Source: Mobula hypostoma
Lineage: Eukaryota
Direction of reading: 5' to 3'
DNA length: 64,000 nucleotides
Assembly (NCBI RefSeq): GCF_963921235.1
Contig: NC_086097.1
Coordinates: 109,308,001-109,372,000 of the forward strand
Positions 13,287-23,849 of this stretch are shown here, in pieces. The translations under genes and the position numbers were made by a program. Position 1 is the stretch's first letter. Each line of letters opens with the position of its first letter. A model generated the notes under the pieces. That model made no database searches and was not told the origin of the DNA. It saw only the letters and a list, made by a program, of their open reading frames with translations.

Positions 13287-14597
13287 TAAGGTTTTAAAAA
13301 CATCTTTCCAAAAATTCTCCAAATTTATCCAAGACTAAAACATGTGAGTTAAAGTGGCCACCTGAGTATTACATCTATCACAAATAGGATTAATATTGGG
13401 AAAAATACGGGCTAATTTATCCTTTGTCATATGGGCCCGATGCACTACCCTGAACTGTATCAAGGAATGACAGGCACAAATAGGTGAAGTATTTACCAGA
13501 TGAAAAATTTTACTCCATTGATTATCTGAAAGTAACTCTTGAAATTCCAATTCCCAGGCGGCTTTAATTTTATCGTTAGATATCATTTGTAAATTCAATA
13601 ACCATTTATTAATTGTAGCTATTAATCCTTTTTGGAGTGGTTTAACCTGGAAGAGGGTATCTATTATATTAGGTGGATAAGCGAGGGATAACTTGGAAGC
13701 AAAGTATGTTAAAAATTCCTAATTTGTAATTATCTAAAGAAGTGTACATTGGATAAATCAAATTTATCCACTAGCTGAGTAAAATACATTAAACAAATCC
13801 GAAAAAGTTATTATTTCTTTGGTTTTCCAAATTAAAAAAAGCCTGATCTAAAATTGATGGTTTAAAAAAATAGTTACAATATATTTTTGGAGAATTTTTG
13901 GAAAGATGTTTTTAAAACCTTATCAAAAGTGCTGGATCTGGATTTACAACCAAACTTATTTACAGTTATTTTTGGGATTATTCCATCGGAAACAGGATAT
14001 ACTCCTGCTTCCACTCTGCGGATGATAGCCTTTTCAACCTTATTGACTAGGAAAGCCATTTTACTTAAATGGAAGGACCCTAACCCTCCTACCGCTTTTT
14101 ATTGGCTTTCCTCTATCATGTCCTGTTTACGTCTAGAGAAAATAAGAAGTCGGACATTGGATACATCCTTTAAATTTGAAGAAATCTGGTGACCTTTTAT
14201 TAAATATTTTCATATGATCTGATTTTTGTACTGATTCTCTTCCAGATATTTTTTTAGAGCCTTGGATTTGATCAGAGAGTCTCTCTTCTCTTGGTTTTTC
14301 TCTCAGGATGGACTGCCTAGTCTTTTTTTTCTGTTTAAAATAGTGTTTTTTTTTAAATATAAAAATTTCTAATAGTCCTTCCTTTTCTTCATAAATTGAT
14401 AAGAGAAGAATGAATTACATTTTTTTCTGTATTATACATTCTATATTAAATTTATACTTTGTAGATCAACACTATGTGTGATTCTGATATTGTTTATTTT
14501 ACCTTCTGTATGTACTGTTATTGACATATATACCAGAGATATTCTCCTCCTGTTTGTATACACCTTTTTATAAAAAATCAATAAAAAGATTGAAAAA
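13287..14597. mobile_element. L1-clade LINE, 5'-truncated and 5'-inverted, with poly(A)
   Basis: Minus arm 13287-13885 encodes the zinc-knuckle region (CDRC..ATLTHMF). Plus arm 13886-14597 encodes FW..V...IFG...WK...LEKI, then a T-rich UTR, AATAAA and an A-tail. 15-bp TSD AAATTATTTAGATGA at 13272-13286 and 14598-14612. Confidence 0.92.
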
Positions 14598-15115
14598 AAA
14601 TTATTTAGATGAAAATTTGCAAGGCATGGTTAGTAAGTCTGCAGATGATACTAATATTTTTGGTACTCCAGACAATGAAGATATTATCAAATATTACAAA
14701 GGGATCAGCCGGGTAAATGGGCTGAAGAATAGCAAATGAGTTTAACTCGAATAACTATGAGGTGTTTCATTTTGAGAAGGCAAACCGGAGCAGGACTTCA
14801 CAGTGAACAATAGGGCACTGAGAAGGGTTGTACAACAGAGGCATTCTAAGAGCACAAGTACATAATTCCCTGAAAGTATTGGCACAGGAAGATAGAGTGG
14901 TGATGAAGGCATTTGTCACACTGGCCTTCATCAATCAAAGCAGTGGCTGTAGGAGTTGGGAGTTTATGTTCAGTTGTACAAGATATTGCTGAGGCCACAC
15001 CTGGAGTCTAATGTTCAGTTTTGATTACCCTAATATCTTCAAGCTGGATAGAGTGCAAAGAAAATTTATGAGAATGTTGCCAGCATTGGAGAGATTGAGT
15101 TATAGGGAAAGGTTT

Positions 15116-17232
15116 GTTTAGTGTATCCAGGAATGTTTCTTAAATAAATATGTGGACAGTCCAACGAAAGGAGGGGCCTTACTGAACCTGGTCTTCAGCA
15201 ATGAGCCTAGTCAGGAAACAGTCAGAAAACAGTGCCCACAACTCCTTAACTTTCTGGATAGCTGTAGATAAAGATAGGTATGGTCTTTGCGGGAGAGTTT
15301 TAACTTGGAGTAGGGCAAATTACGAGGCATGAGGAAAAGCTAAGAAGAGTTAAATGGGAACATCTTTTTTTCTGGCAAGTCCGCATCAGATATGTGGAGG
15401 AGGTTTAAAGATCAATTGCACAGAGTACAAGAAAGGTATGGTCCTTTTAGAAGGAAGGGCAGGGATAGAAAGATAAGAGAACCTTGAATGTCCAGAGAGG
15501 TGATGGATTTAGTCAAGAAGAAAAATGAAAAGTATGTAAAGCTTCAGAAGTTACGATCAATTGAAGCATATGAGGAGTTTAAAGAAACCAGAAGGGAACT
15601 AAAGAAGTGAATTAGGAAAGCCAGGAGGGGCCATTAAATGTCCTTGGCAAGGTGAATCCCAAGACATTCTTATACATACATCAAGAGCAGGAGGATAACT
15701 AGGGAAAGGTTGGGACCACTAAAGAATAAAAGGGAGAACATTTGCTTGGATGCGGAGAATATGAGTGAGGTACTTACTAAAAACTTTGCTTCAGTATTTA
15801 CCAAGGGAAAGGACATGGAGGACCAGGAGATCAGTGCTGAGTATATAAATATGTTACGGCATTAAGAGGTCAAGGAGGAGGAAGTGTTTGGTCTCCTGAG
15901 TATTAAGGTGGGTAAGACCCCAGGGCCTGATGGAATTTACCCCAGGTTATCGAAAGAGGCAAGAAACAAGATTGCTGGTGCCCTGACCAGTATGTTTTTG
16001 TCCTCTCTAGCCACAGGCAAGTGGCTAATATTGTATCTCTGTTTAAGAAGGGAGTAAGAGAAAATCCTAGGAATTATAGACTGGTGAGTCTTACATCAGT
16101 TGTAGGTAAATTGCTGCAGAAAATTTGCAAACCCATGGCTTAATTTGGGAGAGCCAGCTTGGCTTTGTGTGAAGCAGGTCATGTTTTACCAACTTGAGTT
16201 TTTTATCAAGGTGCTGAGAGAGATTTAGGAGGGTAGGACAGTGGATGTTGTTCCCAGAGCCCCTCATGGGAGGTTAATCTGGAAGATTAAGATGCATGGG
16301 GTTAGGGGCAAGTTGACTGTTTGGATTCAGAACTGGCTTGTGCATAGAAGACAGAGTAGTGGTTGAAGGGAGTTATTCTGGAGGTCTGTAATTAGTGGTG
16401 TTCCACAGGGACCTGTGCTGGGACCTCTGCTGTTTGTGATGTATATAAATGACCTGAATGAAAATGTAGGTGGCTGGGTTAGTAAATTTGTGGATTATAC
16501 CAAGATTAGTGGAGTTGTAGGTAGTGCAGAAGATGAGCAAAGACTACAGCACAACATTGATCAGTTGCAGATTTGGGCAGCAAAATGGCAGATGGAGTTT
16601 AACCCAGATAAATGTGAGATGCTGCACCTTGGGGGAGAAAATGCAAAGAGACAGTACACTGTTAAGGGCAAGGTCCTTATCAGTGCTGCTGAGCAGAGAG
16701 GTCTTGGGATCCAGGTTCACAGCTCCTTCAAATTGGCAACGCAGGATGATAAGGTGGTTAAGAAGGCTTGTAGAATTCTTGCTTATACTAGTTGAACTGA
16801 GTTCAAAAGTCAAGAGGTTATGTTGCAACTTTATAAAACTGTGGTTAGGCCACATCTGGGGTATTGCATACAGTTCTGGTCACCCCACTATAGAAAGGAT
16901 GTTAAGACTTTGGTTGAACAGGATGCAGCCTAGTTTAGAGGGCATGTGCTATCATGAGAAGCTGGATAAACATACGTTGTTTTCTCTGGAGTGGCAGAGG
17001 CTGAGGGGAGATCTGATAGAGGTTTATAAGATTATGAGAGGCATAGAGAGACTAGAGAGTATCTGTTTCCCAGTGTTTAATACCAGAGGGCATGCATTGA
17101 AGATCTAAGGAAGATGGAGGGATGTGAACATGGAGTAGGTAGAAGGGATTAGTATTTCAGTGTTTTTGATTTGCTTTTTAGCTAGTTTGGCACAACATTG
17201 TGGGCTCTGGCCCGTTCCTGGCCTACACTATT
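15116..17232 (+). mobile_element. CR1 LINE, degenerate
   Basis: LGPLLFVMYINDL...WVSKF, WQMEFNPDKCE, RLRGDLIEVYKIM; upstream EN/linker remnants. Confidence 0.9.
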
Positions 17233-17701
17233 GTGTGTGTTTTTTTAAATCCCTTTAGAAAACTTTTCCAAAAATTCCAAAAGGTTTGTCAGACGTCCCA
17301 TGCGCAAATCCATGCTGACTATTCCTGATCAGGCCTTGACTATCTTAGTGTTGGTAGATCTTGTCCCCCAGAATCCACTCCTGTATCTTCCACACAATTG
17401 AAGTAAGTTTCACCTCTCTGTAATTCCCTGACCTGTTCACATTTCCCGTTCTTGAGCATGTATAACATTTGCTCATATTGTGGATAAGATGCCTTTTCTC
17501 ATAACTGTGAACATTAAGTAGCCCAGATCTCCCAACAATTCCCCAGACATTTTGTGTGGGCTGAGAATGCCAATTTGCTTTCAATGAGGTGCAAGATAAG
17601 TGTATCACTTCTTATGGAAATAGACAGAAGAATACTGGAGGCTTCTTTGTCTGCCAGATTGAAGAATCCTCAATGAATCATACAGCACAAATCATTAAAC
17701 A

Positions 17702-17876
17702 GAGAAACATAGAAACCCTACAGCACAATACAGGCCCTTTGGCCACAAAGCTGTGCCCAACATACCCTTACCTTAGAAATTACCTGGGGTTACTCATAGC
17801 TCTCTATTTTTCTAAACTCCATGTGCCTGTTCAGGAATCTCTTAAGAGACCCTATCGTATCTGCCTCCACCACTGT
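17702..17876 (-). mobile_element. CR1 3' end fragment
   Basis: Closely resembles the CR1 3' ends at 39759-39930 and 49367-49496 (CATAGAAA..CTACAGCACAATACAGGCCCTT). Confidence 0.85.
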
Positions 17877-17999
17877 GGATTAGATTATATCATGCAATGA
17901 AAATGAAAATTGTCTCTCATAATAACCACACTGCTTTTTCAATAAACTTTTGTTTGCTAAAATTATGCATCCCAATTCTTTAAAATTTGAGTGCATATA

Positions 18000-19194
18000 C
18001 AGGTAGAGTACCCCTTATCTGAAATTCCAAAATCCGAGAACTGCTGAAATCTGGATATTTTTTTGAATGCTGGCATGGAGTCACAAATGGAAAATTCCAC
18101 AAGATGCTGGGAGTGTTCCCAGGTGATGCACAGGTCTCTGTGCACCCCAGTCAGTTCAGAGAAGTGACCTCACATATGTAATATATATATATATCCTAAA
18201 GGGATTGGACAGGCTAGATGCAGGAAGATTGTTCCCGATGTTGGGGAAGTCCAGAACAAGGGGTCACAGTTTGAGGATAAAGGGGAAGCCTTTTAGGACC
18301 GAGATTAGGAAAAACTTCTTCACACAGAGAGTGGTGAATCTGTGGAATTCTCTGCCACAGGAAACAGTTGAGGCCAGTTCATTGGCTATATTTAAGAGGG
18401 AGTTAGATATGGCCCTTGTGGCTACGGGGATCAGGGGGTATGGAGGGAAGGCTGGGGCAGGGTTCTGAGTTGGATGATCAGCCATGATCATAATAAATGG
18501 CGGTGCAGGCTTGAAGGGCCGAATGGCCTACTCCTGCACCTATTTTCTATGTTTCTATGTAATGAACTGAGTTAATGAAAAATAGAAAAACAATGTATAA
18601 AGCAAATAACGAAAATTTTGACCTTTTATCGTCAGCAGCAGAGTGAACATTGGCCGCTTAACGGTATGGTGATCATGAAACAAGCAAAGATCTATCATGA
18701 TGAACTAGAAATTGAAAGTAGTTGTGAATATTTGACTGGGTGGATGCAGAAATTTAAGCATTAAATTTTAAAGCATTGGCTGATCAGAAAAATCTCACAC
18801 CAGAGCAAGTCTTCGAAGTTGATTGTTTTTGTACTTTACATAAAAGCTAAAAAAAGTAAAATACAAATACAGTGAACTGTAACCTTAATCTAAACACGGC
18901 GTCGTAGGAGGAGACTGAAAGCCTGCCATTGTTTGTTGTTGTTCAACAGAAAATTGAGGTGTTCTCCTGATGCTGCTGTGCTGCTTTTGTTACCCTGCAC
19001 ACGTTCTATTTTCGCATACATTAATAGTATGTAATAATTTTTACTGTTAAATACATTTGTGTGATGACTAAGTGTAAGACAAAGACTGCTTACTGGTAGC
19101 ATATAAATTCAAATTTGGAAATTATTGTGCTTCCAGAATCCAAAATCCAAACCACTTCCGGCTCCAAGCATTTTGGATAAGGGTACTCAACCTG
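18000..19194 (+). mobile_element. Tigger-like (MER2/Tigger3-type) DNA transposon remnant
   Basis: Imperfect TIRs CAGGTAGAGTACCCCTTATC and GATAAGGGTACTCAACCTG; TA at left; CENP-B HTH remnant NGMVIMKQAKIYHDELEIE..GWMQKFK near 18660-18760. Confidence 0.85.
18195..18560 (+). mobile_element. CR1 3' fragment inserted in the Tigger
   Basis: ORF LFPMLGKSRTRGHSLRI...FFTQRVVNLWNSLP; TTTCTATG tail. Confidence 0.93.
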
Positions 19195-19599
19195 CGGTAG
19201 GTTTTCTGCAGATATGAATGTGACCTGTTGTTTGTTCTCCCACAAGGCCAGGCACAAAGCCATTGTTGGAGCTCTGGAGCACAGCTTTGAAGAGATGATA
19301 AGGCACTTGTTTAGTGGTTCATGTATGGAGGGAGTGGGGCCAGGGTATTAATTAGATGCTGGACAATTGGGTAACAACTTCTTCTGTATGGCTGTTAGAC
19401 TTCTTAACACCCTGTTTCCAGCCAACACTCATGTACTGTTTGTCTGAATGCCCTGCTGCTCACCCTGCTCCCTCCAACTCACAAACACACTCTCAACCTG
19501 CACTGCTTACTTCTCATCATTTATTTCAGCTGTTTTACATATTTAAATGATTGCGTGTTTTATTATAATTGCGCCAATAACACTATACTGTCCCAGGTA

Positions 19600-19600
<1 letters not shown>

Positions 19601-19656
<56 letters not shown>
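19601..19656. repeat. (TG)28 microsatellite
   Basis: Direct reading. Confidence 0.99.
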
Positions 19657-19657
<1 letters not shown>

Positions 19658-19768
19658 TGTATGTACTGTGTCTTGCACCTTAGCCCCAGAGGAATGATGT
19701 CTAGTTTAGCTGTTAGATGTGCATGGTTGAATGACAATATACTTGAATTTGAATTTGAATTTGAACTT

Positions 19769-19906
19769 AAACACAAGAATATCTGCAGATGCTGGAAACC
19801 ACAAGCAACTCATACAAAATGCTGGAGGAACTCAGTCGGCCAGGCAGCTTCTAAAGAAATTACTAGAAAGTCAACAATGCAGGCTGAGACCCATCTTCAG
19901 GACTGA
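19769..19906 (-). mobile_element. Penelope-like 3' terminus with degenerate hammerhead
   Basis: AAACACAAGAATATCTGCAGATGCTGG...GGAGGAACTCAG...TCTTCAGGACTG, same family as 4486-4620. Confidence 0.8.
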
Positions 19907-20139
19907 TATCTGTTGTTTTTGAGAGTTAGGTTGGGGAAAGATCATTACTTGGACAGATTTAGTGAGATTAACGAGTGGTGGGAGGGAAATCATCTGGTCA
20001 GCTCATTGCCAGTCTCATGGAGTTCAAAGGCATAGCTCTACTCTGTATTAATTTCCCATATTGATGGCTAGGAAGTCTATAGCTGAACCTGCACTCAGTT
20101 TAACCTGTTGCATTTGTAGCAGTCTTATTAAAATGAATG

Positions 20140-20426
20140 TGTGGTGCGTGGCCAAGTGGTTAAGGTGTTGGGCTCACGATCTGAAGGTCGTGGGTTCGAG
20201 TCTCGGCCAAGGCGGCGCGTTGTGCCTTTGAGCAAGGCACTTAACTACACACTACTCCAGTCCACCTAGCTGAAAATGGGTACCGGGAAATGTTGGAGGT
20301 TAACCTCGCGATATACTGGTGTCCTATCCGGAGGGGAGTCTCATACTCTCAGTTGTTTCACGCCACAGAAACTGGCATAAGCACTGGCCTGATGGGCCGC
20401 AAGGCTTAGGACAGACTTTAACTTTT
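20140..20426 (+). mobile_element. tRNA-derived SINE, possibly Meta-domain type
   Basis: Box A TGGCCAAGTGG, box B GGTTCGAGTCT; 15-bp TSD TTATTAAAATGAATG (20125-20139, 20427-20441). Confidence 0.9.
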
Positions 20427-21119
20427 TTATTAAAATGAATGGGACCAATTTCATTTAGTTAGGTTAATTGCTTAAGTTTTTCATCTTCTAAATTTTTATT
20501 TTACAGACTCTGACCAATTTTTAATCTTCTTCAAACAATCAGACAGTTTTTCTAGCCTGGGAGCAGAGGAATGGGGGTTCATCAGCCCTAACATCTGTTC
20601 TGGCATCACAAATGGAGGCTTGTACAGGAATGCCCTACAAATGGATAGGGCCTTGCTGGTGTGCTGGAGCTGATGGTATAAGAATACACCCTAAACCACT
20701 TTGAAGGAAACATTTTAGGCGAAAGGAAGACTACTTGCATTCTTGGGCAGCAGTAGATATGCCAAGTTAGTATTGGTTTGTAATGAATGCAAGTCTAATT
20801 CCTGTACTGAGCACAGAAACGATTGCAGTAGTTAATCCTGAAGGGTACTCTTGGTTAATTTCCTTGGATAATTAAAAGAAAAAATATCAAATCAAGATGG
20901 AGAGAACAGGATCGTGGTTGTTAACATAAGTGGCACAGTAGCACCTCGATACCTGGATGCAATTTTAATGGCATAGGTCAGATGAATATATTTCATAGAA
21001 AAATTGATGCAATTTCACTTTAATATTTATATTCCATTGTCAGATTAAGACATCTCCCCTAAGCTCATGGATTTTAGGATAATTGAAACTACAGTGTATG
21101 AACATGTGGCTTTTCATCT

Positions 21120-21237
21120 GATTTCTCATCTTTTTTTCTAGTCCCGATGAAGGGTCTCGGCCCAAAATGTCGACTGTTTACTCTTTTCCATAGATGCTGC
21201 CTGGCCTGCTGAGTTCCTCCAGCACGTTGTGTGTGTA
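21120..21237 (+). mobile_element. Penelope-like terminus fragment with decayed hammerhead
   Basis: AGTCCCGATGAAGGGTCTCGGCCCAAAATGTCGACTG followed by CCATAGATGCTGCCTGGCCTGCTGAGTTCCTCCAGC. Confidence 0.85.
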
Positions 21238-21716
21238 TTACCTGTCTACAGCATGCAGTTACTTCTTGTCGCTCACACTACCATAATAAAGCATGCAGTG
21301 TTGCCAAGAAACAGGTTATTTTGAATCATACCATATAGAAACAGGCCCAAATGGTACACCTCATCAAGATTCCCCATCCAAGCTAAAAGGCTACTTTTAA
21401 CTAAAAAGACCCTATCTGAGCCCTTTAGGAAGTTACTCCCGAAAATAACATTCATTTACATTATAGTCAATCATCAATTTTAAGCATGTTCTCCTCTTCT
21501 ATCCATGTTACCATTTATGCCCATTTACTGCTCTTTCCTCTGCCCATTTTGTCCCGTCAGCATTCTTCCACTGGAAGTATTTAACTGGACCTGGGGAATG
21601 GGCTTGAAGAGATGGTGATGCTGCTCTGTCTGATACTAGCTTCATTGCTGCATGTTCAACTCTTTCGTATTGATGTTTTCCAAAAGTGATTCCATTAGTC
21701 ATGAATATATTTTCCT

Positions 21717-23277
21717 GCTTAGGCAAAGTTTTTGACAGCTCTCTAAGGGACACAACATCCATTCAGGCAACCTGCAACGAGTTGTCTGTGGACAAGTCTG
21801 GCCTATCTGGGAAGTTTAAAGCCTGGGTCTATCAGCATGGCATTCTTCCCAGAATCCTGTGGCCCCTCCTCGTCTATGCAGTTCCGATCTCGACAGTCGA
21901 AACCTTAGAGAGGAGGGTTAGCAACCACCTCAGGAGATGGCTGGGGCTGCCAAAGAGCCTGAGCAGCATCGCACTCTATGGACACCACAACAAACTGCAA
22001 CTGCCCTTCAAATCCTTGGAGGAAGAATTCAAGGTAACAAGAGCCAGAGAAGTGCTACAGTATAGGGACTCAAGTGACCCGAAGGTGGCTAGAGCAGGGA
22101 TACTGGCAGGAAGTGGAGGGCAGAGGAAGCTGTTCAGGAGGCAGAGGCGAGGCTGCATCACAGGAGGCTGGTGGGAGTGGTCACACGAGGCCGAGCTGGG
22201 CTAGGATCCTTTCCAACTCCCCAAATGGACACTAGAGGGAAGGAAAGGCGTCGTCTAGTTCAGGAGGAGGTGAGAGCAGTAGTGGAGGAAATGAGAGCCT
22301 GCAAGGCGGTGAGAATGAAGCAACAGGGAGCTTGGACAAGATGGGAGAATGCAGTTGAGAGGAAAGTGACCTGGGCTGATCTTTGGAAATCCAAAACACA
22401 CTGTATGCAATTTCTTATCCAGGCAGTGTACGATGTGCTTCCAAGCCCATCAAACCTGCACACATGGGGCAAGGCAGAGTCACCTGCGTACCCACTGTGC
22501 TCCAAGCAAGGAACACTGGAGCGCATCCTCAGCGGCTGCGCAAGGGCACTTGTTGAGGGATGGTACAGGTGGAGGCATGATCAGGTCCTGAAGACCATCG
22601 CTGAAGCCATCAGTGCAGGAGTTGAGTGGGCGAAGCGGTCCCGACCCTCCAAGCAGACCATTGCCTTTCTCAGAGCTGGGGAGCAGCCAATGCCTGCCAA
22701 AAGAACACCTGCAGGCATTCTGACCTCTGCAAGGGACTGGCAGCTGTTGGTGGACCTTGAATGGCAGCTGAAGTTCCCCAACCATATCGCAGCCACCACC
22801 CTACAACTAGACATTGTCCTAGTGTCTGAGTCTACTAAGCAAGTGGTGCTGCAGGAGCTGACAGTCCCCTGGGAAGATAGCTTGGAGGAGGCCTTTGAAA
22901 GGAAGCTCTCCAAGTACACAGGACTGGTCAACAGCTGTTAACAGGCTGGATGGAGAGCGAGGTGTCTCCCAGTCGAGGTTGGTTGTAGGGATTCGTATCC
23001 TGTTCTTTAGTTAGAGCCTTCAGCATTTTGGGCATCGAGGGAGAGAGGAAGAGGAGAGCCATCCGCAGTACCACCAATGCGGCAGAGAGGGCCTCAAGAT
23101 GGCTGTGGCTCAAAAGAGGGGAGCCATGGAGTCATAAGTAGCTAGCCATCTGGACACAAGCTGGGGTCTGATCAGCCCCGGCTGGGTCACCTGGAGGAGG
23201 TTGTATGATGTTGAAAGACCCAAAACACCCGATGATTCCAGGAACATCACTGAAGATGTGTCCAGAAGCATCAATAG
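21717..23277 (+). mobile_element. HERO-like non-LTR retrotransposon with restriction-like endonuclease, 5'-truncated
   Basis: RT thumb region (GKFKAWVYQHGILPRILWPL), degenerate CCHC knuckle, WRHDQVL, RLE motif DIVLVS..ELTVPWE..K..KY, C-terminus AERASRWLWLKR ending at stop 23138-23140; frameshift plus an internal TAA. Confidence 0.88.
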
Positions 23278-23705
23278 ACAGCTGGTTCCATACATTTTAA
23301 CTTATCAATTTGGAGTTACTCAAGGTGAAATTATTGTGGAATTTATATTAGTGAAATAGTACTTGTCTTCTCAGAGACTTCTAGGTGTATTACATATTGG
23401 CAATTGTGAAGTAAAGCAAAATTATCCTTCAGCATATTACTTCTTACATGAAGCAGTAAATGAAACAATTATCAAGGCTTTTCATTATCTATTTTAATCT
23501 AACGATTAGCATTTAAAATTATCTAATAGCAATGTACCAATGCTATTTCATGTTCTGATAGAGTTCAGCAAAACTACAGTATGTTCTTGGTTCCCGATAC
23601 AGTTTATATGAATACATGCTTAACAATGCAGTACAATAAGCACACACTCTTGCAAATGGGGTGAAATCAGTGAATGCTCTCGCTGTTCGAAAATGATTTA
23701 GTAGT

Positions 23706-23776
23706 TTATTTTTCTGCATCCTTTTCATCATCTTCTGCAAGCACTGGTTGCTTCTCCTCTCTCATTAATTTTACAC
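23706..23776 (-). CDS. Candidate terminal coding exon of an unidentified host gene: (G)VKLMREEKQPVLAEDDEKDAEK*
   Basis: Strong acceptor TTTTGTTTTTTTTCATTCCAG with a TTAAT branch-like motif about 30 nt upstream, followed by non-repetitive AT-rich UTR-like DNA. Protein not recognised; reading phase is assumed. Confidence 0.4.
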
Positions 23777-23849
23777 CTGGAATGAAAAAAAACAAAACGA
23801 TGTATTAACTATCCCCAAGTCAGGTTAAAAAACATCATACTGCTTCTTC

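Larger units (their letters stand above)
11035..15115 (+). mobile_element. Degenerate CR1 RT region, interrupted by a CR1(-) and an L1
   Basis: Pieces 11035-11297, 13057-13286 and 14598-15115 are collinear RT sequence (AAGGCCTTTGACAAGG; LFIIYINYLDENLQGMVSKSADDT across the L1 site). Confidence 0.8.

Noticed and set aside
20140..20215. tRNA gene
   Set aside because: It is the head of a TSD-flanked SINE; no clean acceptor stem or terminator follows.
21508..21762. 84-aa minus-strand ORF as a host exon
   Set aside because: Its start lies in antisense HERO sequence, the acceptor context is poor and the peptide is not recognisable.
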